Source of the DNA: Desulfomonilia bacterium
GTDB lineage: Bacteria; Desulfobacterota; Desulfomonilia; UBA1062
Length of the DNA: 64,000 bases
Direction: 5' to 3'
Assembly: GCA_963664325.2 (NCBI GenBank)
Contig: CAXXDQ010000004.1
Coordinates: forward strand, 736,001 to 800,000
Positions 8,341 to 16,778 of this stretch are shown here, piece after piece. Under the pieces are notes generated by a model that had not been told where the DNA came from, searched no databases, and was given only the letters and a program-made list of their open reading frames with translations. The translations under genes were made by a program, and so were the position numbers. The number at the start of each line of letters is the position of its first letter. Position 1 is the first letter of the stretch.

Positions 8341-11300
8341 ATGAAGAGAAATGCAATTTTTCTGGCCATGCTTTCGATCATGGCCTTATGGTTGAGCGGC
8401 TGTATAACTTCCAGCAGCCCAAAAACCTCGGAAGTCACAATTAAAGTAGGCGATTCTCAAACATTTACGGTTTCCGGTGTTGGGAACGGCCCCTATACAT
8501 GGACCAAGGCCGGCATACCAGTCAGCGGGAACACGACTGCATCCTACACCTACACGGCGCTTTTGGAGGATTTAGGCACATTTTCTATAAAGGTGACTAC
8601 AAAAGATTCTCTTAATGTCACATCTAGCTTAGTATGGACGGTGAATGTAGTCAACGACCTGCCGCCTATAGCCAATGCCGGCCCTGACCAGAATCTCTAT
8701 TTCGGAACTCTGGTACAGCTCGACGGCAGCTTGAGCTCCGACCCTGAAGGGCAGCCGCTTTACTATCTCTGGGAGATAGTCGGACGGCCGGCAGGCAGTT
8801 CCGCTTCACTTGACAATCCCAATGCCGAGAAACCAACCTTTGTCCCGGACAAGCAGGGCGCCTATACAATCCGCCTGATTGTCAACGACGGCAGGCTGAC
8901 AAGCAGCGCTGATACGGTCATAATCAATTCCTTTACAGATTACGGTCCCCCAACAGCCAATGCAGGCCCTGACCAGAGCATCGTCTTCGGCAATATGGTC
9001 AGTCTGGACGGCAGTGCAAGCACAGACCCCGAAGGCACCCCGCTTACCTATATGTGGGCTATTGATTCAGGCCCGGCCGGAAGTGCTGCAGCGCTCGACG
9101 ATCCCACAAGCATGACACCGAAATTCACTCCCGACAAAAAAGGCGTGTATGTAGTCAGCCTGGTTGTAAGCAACGGCCTTTATGACAGCGGTATAGATCT
9201 TGTCACCATTGTTGTCTACAACACCATGCCCGTAGCCCGGGCCGGCGCTGATGTAACTATAGCAGATCTGGGCGGTTCGACAACGCTTGACGGCAGCCTT
9301 AGCTCCGATCCTGACGGCGACCCGATCAGCTATTCATGGACAATCATTTCGAGGCCGTATGGAAGCACAGCCGCCTTGAGCGATCCGTCCATCGTAAACC
9401 CGACCTTCACACCCGACAAAAAGGGCGCATATACCATTCAGCTGGTCGTGAGCGACGGCGATCTTTTCAGCAACGCTGACACAGTCATCGTCACCTGCTC
9501 CAACCATGTGCCGGTGGCCAATGCGGGTACTCCAATACATATTCCGTTCGGAAATACGGCACAGTTAAATGGCAGTGCCACTGACCCTGACAGCGACCCC
9601 ATGACCTATGCATGGACAATAACCGACAAACCGTCAGGAAGCATTGCAATGCTCTCCAATGCCACCATTCTCAACCCTACATTCAGGCCTGATGTGCAGG
9701 GTACTTATACGCTATCACTTGTCGCGACGGACAATACAGGTCTTTCCAGCGCACCATCATTTGTAACCGTATCTACCGAAAACCACCAGCCGGTTGCCGA
9801 TGCAGGCGACGACATCATCATGCCGAGCAATACCTCGGTGGGGTTAAACGGCAGCGGAACAGACGCTGACAGCGACCCTCTGACCTTCACATGGAGGGTA
9901 ATCACAGCCCCGATGGGCAGCGGCGGCGACAGCACGATCTCCGACCTTAACATCGCTAACCCGACCTTCACGCCTGATAAGAAGGGCGACTATCAGCTCG
10001 GCCTTATCGTGAACGACGGACAGATAGACAGTGCTGAAAGCACTATGAAGATACACGTAATTAACAATCCGCCTGTTGCTGATGCAGGTCCGACCCAGAA
10101 CGTCCACTATTCAACCCGTTTCGTCACTCTTGACGGAAGCGGCAGTTTTGACGTGGACGGAGATCCGCTGACCTACTCATGGAGGATCGTATCAAAGCCA
10201 TCCGGCAGCACAGCCGTGATCGTTAACCCGACAGATATTCACCCGACCATCACTCTGGATGTTCCTCAGGGATCCTGGGTGATCGGCCTGACTGTCAACG
10301 ACGGCGCTATTGACAGTGCGGAAAGTACGGTCAGCCTCAATTATATCGAAAATCAGCCCGTGGCTAATGCGGGTCCGAACCAGAGCAGGCATACCGCCTA
10401 TGGTGTTCCCAATACCTTCCAGCTCGACGGAAGCGGCAGTTCGGACCTTGACGGAGACGCACTGACCTACGCATGGACGCTCAAATCAGCTCCATCCGGC
10501 AGTACGGCGGCACTCTCCAACCGGTATATCGTGAACCCGACCATTACGGCTGATAAAGTCGGAGCTTATGTGATAGGTCTGATCGTCAATGACGGCCTCA
10601 TGAACAGTGCAGAAAGCACGGTCACCATCACCTATACCAATAACACGCCGGTGGCCAACGCGGGTCCGAACCAGAGCAAGCATTCCCCGCTTACCTTCCA
10701 GCTCGACGGAAGCGGCAGTTCAGACCTTGACGGAGATCCGCTGGCCTATACGTGGAGGGTCATATCAAAGCCATCCGGCAGCGCATCAGTGCTCTCCAGC
10801 ACGAATATCGTTAACCCGACCATCACGGCCGACAAGCTGGGATCATATGTGATCGGCCTGACCGCCAGCGACGGCTTTGTGAACAGCACGGAAAACACGG
10901 TCACCCTCACCGTCACCAATGCTGCACCGGTGGCCAATGCAGGCCCGAACCAGAGCAGGCATACAAGCCTGACCTTCCAGCTCGATGGCAGCGGCAGTTC
11001 GGATGGAGACAGCGACCCGCTGACTTACTCATGGAGGATCATATCAAAGCCGTCCGGCAGCGCATCAGTGCTCTCCAGCACCACCATCGTTAACCCGACC
11101 ATCACGACCGACAGGCCCGGGGCTTATTCTATAGGCCTGACAGTGAACGACGGCTGGGTCAACAGTACGGAAAGCACGGTCACCATCACCTACACAAACA
11201 ACGCACCGGTGGCCAATGCCGGTACTTATGCGGATGTCCTCTATGCAAACCGCAATGGCGTCACGCTCAACGGCGGGGCAAGTTCCGATCCTGACGGTGA

Positions 11301-11910
11301 CGCTATCACCTACGCGTGGACGATGACAGGGAAACCGTCCGGCAGCGCAGCAGCGCTGGCAAATGCCAACACCGCAACCCCGAGCTTCAACATGGATGTT
11401 CCAGGAACGTACAGCTTCAGCCTGGTCGTGAGCGACGCCTGGGTCAGCAGCAGCGCCAGCACGGCCTCGGTATCCAGCTCAATGAGTGCGTTATCTACCA
11501 ACTGGGACGATAACGTGATGTCGCCGTGGTACCAGATAACCAAGTCCAACATGGGAACCTGCGGAATCGCCACCAACGAATCCCATTCGTCACCGAGGAG
11601 TTTCAGGACCCAGAGCTGCACCGGTGTCCTCTGCGGTTCCGGCACCTACAAGTTCGGCAGGGATATAAATAAATACGTCACGACAATAAGCTTCTGGTCC
11701 ATGACATATTTCACATATTCCTATCCCAATGTTGACCTGTACGAGGGCAGCACCAAACTTGCCGACATCAACAATTACAACTCCTGGACACAGAGTACGT
11801 ATACTTACAACCGTATGTTCGGGACCCTTGCATTCCAGGATAACGGCAGCTATGCAGTTACAGGAAGAACCTGGAACGTCGATGACATAGTCATCAATGT
11901 TTGGAACTAA
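8341..11910 (+). CDS. Cassette 1 gene A: lipoprotein with N-terminal Ig module, 10 PKD/K319L-like repeats and a variable C-terminal beta-sandwich tip
   Basis: AGGAGG RBS, MKRN...WLSGC lipobox; ten PxAxAG..LDGS.S.DPDG..LTYxW repeats; ends VDDIVINVWN. Confidence 0.88.
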   Translation: MKRNAIFLAMLSIMALWLSGCITSSSPKTSEVTIKVGDSQTFTVSGVGNGPYTWTKAGIPVSGNTTASYTYTALLEDLGTFSIKVTTKDSLNVTSSLVWTVNVVNDLPPIANAGPDQNLYFGTLVQLDGSLSSDPEGQPLYYLWEIVGRPAGSSASLDNPNAEKPTFVPDKQGAYTIRLIVNDGRLTSSADTVIINSFTDYGPPTANAGPDQSIVFGNMVSLDGSASTDPEGTPLTYMWAIDSGPAGSAAALDDPTSMTPKFTPDKKGVYVVSLVVSNGLYDSGIDLVTIVVYNTMPVARAGADVTIADLGGSTTLDGSLSSDPDGDPISYSWTIISRPYGSTAALSDPSIVNPTFTPDKKGAYTIQLVVSDGDLFSNADTVIVTCSNHVPVANAGTPIHIPFGNTAQLNGSATDPDSDPMTYAWTITDKPSGSIAMLSNATILNPTFRPDVQGTYTLSLVATDNTGLSSAPSFVTVSTENHQPVADAGDDIIMPSNTSVGLNGSGTDADSDPLTFTWRVITAPMGSGGDSTISDLNIANPTFTPDKKGDYQLGLIVNDGQIDSAESTMKIHVINNPPVADAGPTQNVHYSTRFVTLDGSGSFDVDGDPLTYSWRIVSKPSGSTAVIVNPTDIHPTITLDVPQGSWVIGLTVNDGAIDSAESTVSLNYIENQPVANAGPNQSRHTAYGVPNTFQLDGSGSSDLDGDALTYAWTLKSAPSGSTAALSNRYIVNPTITADKVGAYVIGLIVNDGLMNSAESTVTITYTNNTPVANAGPNQSKHSPLTFQLDGSGSSDLDGDPLAYTWRVISKPSGSASVLSSTNIVNPTITADKLGSYVIGLTASDGFVNSTENTVTLTVTNAAPVANAGPNQSRHTSLTFQLDGSGSSDGDSDPLTYSWRIISKPSGSASVLSSTTIVNPTITTDRPGAYSIGLTVNDGWVNSTESTVTITYTNNAPVANAGTYADVLYANRNGVTLNGGASSDPDGDAITYAWTMTGKPSGSAAALANANTATPSFNMDVPGTYSFSLVVSDAWVSSSASTASVSSSMSALSTNWDDNVMSPWYQITKSNMGTCGIATNESHSSPRSFRTQSCTGVLCGSGTYKFGRDINKYVTTISFWSMTYFTYSYPNVDLYEGSTKLADINNYNSWTQSTYTYNRMFGTLAFQDNGSYAVTGRTWNVDDIVINVWN

Positions 11911-11929
11911 TTACATTATGGTAATGAGT

Positions 11930-12000
11930 GGGGAAGGCCCAGGCCTTCCCCGTGTACACACACCCGTGTGGGAGCCGGAGGAACTGGCCCCACCGACGGG
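11930..12000 (+). promoter_or_regulatory. A-B intergenic double stem-loop (copy 1)
   Basis: GGGGAAGGCC-CA-GGCCTTCCCC followed by a CCCGT..ACGGG bulged stem; equivalents occur in all four cassettes. Confidence 0.6.
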
Positions 12001-12025
12001 GCATTAAATAAGATGGAGGTAATGC

Positions 12026-14155
12026 ATGAAGCGAAACATTAATTTATTACTGATAATGATGATACCGCTGATGGTATTGTCGGGGTGCATCCTCACAACC
12101 ACCCCGAAAGAGGGTACTCCCATCAGTCTGGTCTGGGGCCAGAAACAGGCGTTCTCGGTCTCGGGCATGGGTACAAATCAATGGTACGTGGACAGTAACC
12201 TTATAACTGGTGAGACCAAAGCCAAGTATACCTTCAACAGCTACCTGTTCGGTCTCGGCAGCCACGAGGTAAAAGTCATAAACACTTTCGCACTGGGTGG
12301 CGGAGAGGCTGTCTGGACGGTCAATGTTAGTTCGACCCCGACCACTGTACCCCTGGCCACGGGCTGTGCGGATATCATGAACGCAGGCCTCATATGCGAC
12401 ACCACGCTCAACTGCAGCGACACGGTCCCTGAAGGTTCGGTGATCAGCCAGACACCGGAAGCGGGTGCCAGCGTGCCGGCAGGAACAACGGTGCACCTGA
12501 GCATCTCCAGCGGTTTGTGCACCAATCATGAAGTGGCTGTTCCGGCCGCAACGAGCTGTGCGGATATTGAAGCAGCGGGCCTTGTATGCAGCGTTTTCCA
12601 TAGCTGCAGCAACGAAGTCCCGGCAGGCATGGTAATCAGCCAGGCCCCGGTAGCGGGCACCATGGTAGTACCCGGAACGACAGTGACGCTTGAGATCTCC
12701 ACAGGCCCGTGCACGGGCGGGGAGATAGCGGTACCCAACGCTACAAGCTGTGATGATGTCGAGGCTGCAGGCTTTGTTTGCAGCCGCGAAAGGGAATGCA
12801 ACAATACCGTGCCTGAAGACGATGTAATCCGCCAGTCTCCGGCCCCCGGAGTCATGGCAATGCCCGGCACAACGGTAACCCTGACCCTGTCTACGGGGCC
12901 ATGTCCGCTGCTGGTGCCGGATGCGACATCCTGCTCCGAGCTCGAGGCCGCAGGCCTTGTGTGCAACCTGGTTGAAACCTGCAGCAACGAGGTGCCTGAG
13001 GCAGGAGGATTCATAAGCCTGAGCCCGCCTGCAGGTACGCCTACGGAACTGGGTGCGGTTGTGACACTTGTACTGTCGACCGGACCATGCACAGTGGAGG
13101 TGCCGGCCGCCGCGAGCTGTGCCGATATTGAGGCCGCCGGCCTTTTGTGCAGCATGAGCACACAGTGCAGCGATACCGTTGCCGAAGGTTCGGTGATCAG
13201 CCAGGATCCTGCGCCTGGTGCCATGGTGTCTCCGGGATCAACGGTTCAACTGGTCCTTTCGAGCGGTCCGTGTACAATACAGCTCCCTGCGCCAACAAAT
13301 GTTCAGGCAACGGATGTCGTACTGACCTCTCAAACCGACCCGCTGCTGAACAGCAACTTCAACAATAAGGTAAGGGTCACATGGAATGCGGTGCCTTATG
13401 CGCAGGCCTACAAGATATACCGTTCAGATTCACCCACAGGAACATATGACCTTGTCGGAACAGTCATAGCTCCTACGACATCATTTAACGACATGCAGAC
13501 CGAGGTGCTCACGCTCCCGACATGGCCCGACCCGCTCACCACTGAGGCTCTTGATACTTATGAGGCCGCAGCTAGGGCAGTTGTAAACAATTTCAAGAAC
13601 TTCAAGTACTATAAGGTCAAGGCCTGCAGTGCCGATCCTTTCCACCCCAACAGTGAGATGAGCGCCTATGATGAAGGCCGCATGGACTACACGCTTGAGG
13701 AATTCTACACCATAACCACAGGAGTGATCGAGGGGATTCCGATGGCAAAGATGATACTGGCTGCCAGTCCCATGGCAATAGGCACCAACATGTACTTCTA
13801 TGATTCGTGCGGCAGCGGGCAGATGCATGTTTCCATTACCGAGGACAGTCCTGCCAATATGAGTATTACCATTTCCAATTTCGTCGAATCCCTGGTCTTC
13901 ACTTCAGGCGGCGGCATCAACTGCAGTGAGAGCGGCGGCAGACGCATGATAATAAACAGCCTGGTCTCATCTGAAGATATCGATTTAGACATAAACGGAA
14001 CCCTGACAGGTTCGATGGATTTCACGGGCAATTATGCCGGCAAGTTCACGAGCATGAGTGTTCCTGTCACCGGCGGGGTGCTGCAGACCGGGACATGCAC
14101 CGTTATATACAACGGCCAGACTTCAACAGGCCACACCTGCAGTTTCTTCGACTAA
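12026..14155 (+). CDS. Cassette 1 gene B: lipoprotein with five 4-Cys PASTA repeats, FN3 domain and unknown C-terminal domain
   Basis: VLSGC lipobox; VP...AAGLVC...VPEGxVISQxPxAG...V.L..S.GPC x5; PTNVQA..VTW..YKIYR..YYKVKA (FN3). Confidence 0.85.
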   Translation: MKRNINLLLIMMIPLMVLSGCILTTTPKEGTPISLVWGQKQAFSVSGMGTNQWYVDSNLITGETKAKYTFNSYLFGLGSHEVKVINTFALGGGEAVWTVNVSSTPTTVPLATGCADIMNAGLICDTTLNCSDTVPEGSVISQTPEAGASVPAGTTVHLSISSGLCTNHEVAVPAATSCADIEAAGLVCSVFHSCSNEVPAGMVISQAPVAGTMVVPGTTVTLEISTGPCTGGEIAVPNATSCDDVEAAGFVCSRERECNNTVPEDDVIRQSPAPGVMAMPGTTVTLTLSTGPCPLLVPDATSCSELEAAGLVCNLVETCSNEVPEAGGFISLSPPAGTPTELGAVVTLVLSTGPCTVEVPAAASCADIEAAGLLCSMSTQCSDTVAEGSVISQDPAPGAMVSPGSTVQLVLSSGPCTIQLPAPTNVQATDVVLTSQTDPLLNSNFNNKVRVTWNAVPYAQAYKIYRSDSPTGTYDLVGTVIAPTTSFNDMQTEVLTLPTWPDPLTTEALDTYEAAARAVVNNFKNFKYYKVKACSADPFHPNSEMSAYDEGRMDYTLEEFYTITTGVIEGIPMAKMILAASPMAIGTNMYFYDSCGSGQMHVSITEDSPANMSITISNFVESLVFTSGGGINCSESGGRRMIINSLVSSEDIDLDINGTLTGSMDFTGNYAGKFTSMSVPVTGGVLQTGTCTVIYNGQTSTGHTCSFFD

Positions 14156-14167
14156 GAGGAGGTTATA

Positions 14168-16659
14168 ATGAGAAAACACATATTATTGATTTTTATCGTC
14201 ATGTTAACAGTTATGCTGGGAGGGTGTATAATAGGAAAAACACCTTCATTAGATAATGTCACCATGTCCTATGGCGAAACGAAGACATTCAGCATAAAAG
14301 TAATAGGGGACCATACCTATACCTGGACCCTTGACGGTGTTCCCCTTTCAGAAACAGGGAAATCCTATAATTATACAGCACTGGCAGGCAAACATATCCT
14401 CATAGTCCGTGCGACATACACCTATGGTGAGGACACTGAGGTCTGGAACATCTTTGCAAACAGTCCGCCAGCCGCCAATGCCGGGCCGACCCAGACCGTC
14501 ACGGAGGGTATAACCGTAACGTTAGACGCCTCCAATTCAACAGACCCTGACGGCGATATAGCCTCCTATCTCTGGGAACAGACAGGAGGCCCTGCAGTCA
14601 CACTCTCCGATGCAAGTGCCATACAACCTACGTTCACATCGCCCATTGTACCTATCGGAGGGGCAGCTCTCACCTTCAAAGTGACCGTAACTGATGCAAC
14701 CTCTCTGACATCAACCGCCACCACGATAGTCAATGTAACCTGGTCGAACAGGCCGCCAACAGCTAATGCCGGTCCTGACCAGACGGTCGGCGAGAATGTA
14801 ACCGTGGCCCTTAACGCATCTGGCTCGACAGACCCGGATGACGGGATCGCATCCTATTCATGGGAGCAGATAGAAGGGCCATTGCCTTATGTAACGCTAT
14901 CAGACCCGGGTGCGGTGAACCCGACATTCACGTCCCCCTATGTAGGCATCGGTGGAGAAGCGCTTGTCTTCAAACTGACAGTAACCGATGTCGGAGGCCT
15001 CAAATCGACCGATACCGTCATCGTTAATGTTACCTGGTCAAACCTGCCGCCGACAGCTGAAGCAGGCCCGGACCAAGCTGTCTCAGAGGGCAGCATTGTA
15101 ACGCTCGATGCTTCATCTTCCGTCGATACGGATGACGGCATAGCATCCTACGCCTGGTTACAGACTGGCGGCGCTGTGGTCACACTCTCCAATCCTGCTG
15201 CCGTGAAGCCGACATTCACAACCCCTGATGTGGGAATGGCGGGGGATGTCCTGACCTTTGAGCTCACCGTAACCGATAATGGAGGACTCCAAGCGACAGA
15301 TACAGTAACAATCACAATCAACTGGGTAAACGCACCGCCGGTGGCCAATGCGGGTCCTGACCAGAGCATAGTCAAAGATTCAGTGGTAACACTAGACGGC
15401 ACGGCCTCAACCGATCCTGACGACGGGATTGCTTCATATCTCTGGCAGCAGATAAGCGGGCCGGCAGTAACACTTCTCAATGCAAACACAGACACCGCAA
15501 CATTCACGGCAAACGTTGCAGTCAATTCAGTGCTTACCTTCAGACTGACCGTAACCGATGTCGGCGGACTGACAGGAACAGATACATGCTCAGTTACAAT
15601 TCTCGCTGCCCCCATATACGTCAAGATATCCGGCGGGATTTCCTACTCCGTAGCCATCAAGAGCGACGGTACTCTCTGGGCCTGGGGGCTTAACGCATAC
15701 GGCCAGCTGGGTGACGGGACCACGATAGACAAGAATGTTCCCACTCAGATCGGCACTGATACCAACTGGGCTTCAGTAGCAGCCGGGGATCGCCATACAG
15801 TGGCCATCAAGACTGACGGTACGCTCTGGGCCTGGGGATACAACGCAAACGGCCAGCTCGGCGACGGAACCACAGCCCTGAAGATAGTTCCTATTCAGAT
15901 CGGCACAGGCACAAACTGGATTTTAGTGGACGCAGGGGCCAGGCACACAGTGGCCATGAAGAACGATGCCTCTATCTGGGCCTGGGGTGACAACAGCAGA
16001 GGCCAGCTTGGCGATGGGACCACAACTACCAGGCTGGTTCCAACCAAGATCGGCAGCAACACCTGGGTCATGATAAATGCCGGCGCCCTTCATACCGCGG
16101 CCATTGACACTGCCGGTAAGCTCTGGACCTGGGGTGCCAACAACTACGGCCAGCTTGGCGACGGGACCCTGGTGGACAGACTGGTTCCCACTCATATCGG
16201 TACAGACACAACCTGGGTGCAGGTAAACGCCGGTGACAACCATACAGTGGCAATAAAGGCCGCCGGGACCCTGTGGGCCTGGGGCTATAACAACTACGGC
16301 CAGCTCGGCGACGGGACCACGGTAAACAAGACGGCGCCCCCACTCAGATAGGCATTGCAACCTCCTGGGCATCCGGCAGATGCCGGGACTTCGCATACTG
16401 TTGCAGTAATGACCGACGGGACGCTATGGGCCTGGGGTTATAACAGCAACGGGCAGCTTCGGGCTCGGAGACACGGTCCAACAGAGCAGCCCCAGCGCAG
16501 GTAGGCTCGGACACCGATTGGGCTACCGCGGATGCCGGCTACTGGCACAGCCTGGCCAAGAAGGCGGACGGGACGCTTTGGACCTGCGGTTATAACAATA
16601 AAGGTCAGCTCGGCGACGGGACCACTGTTGACAAGTGGGTCCTGACACAGATCTGGTGA
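14168..16659 (+). CDS. Cassette 1 gene C: lipoprotein with 4 PKD-like repeats and an RCC1/BLIP-II-like propeller; 3' end frameshifted after ~16335
   Basis: MLGGC lipobox; repeated [19 protein letters not shown] blades. The ORF stops at 16351, but blades continue in other frames to TQIW* at 16659, as in C3. Confidence 0.8.
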
Positions 16660-16678
16660 AGCTTAAGGAATACAGGTC

Positions 16679-16762
16679 ATGAAACTATATAACTTAAATA
16701 GAAAAATATTATGGCTCCCAGAAAAGGTAAGGACTGCAACTTCAGCGTTGCATGTCAAATAA
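16679..16762 (+). CDS. Putative leader uORF before A2 (27 aa, ends SALHVK)
   Basis: AGGAA..ATG; MKLYNLNRKILWLPEKVRTATSALHVK*; spans the TGCAAC/GTTGCA hairpin. Lies in an indel-rich segment. Confidence 0.3.
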   Translation: MKLYNLNRKILWLPEKVRTATSALHVK

Positions 16763-16778
16763 AATGCAGGAGGTTACA

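Noticed and set aside
12026-14155. Multiheme cytochrome or ferredoxin interpretation of the Cys-rich B proteins
   Set aside because: No CxxCH or CxxCxxC motifs; the Cys spacing follows the PASTA repeat.
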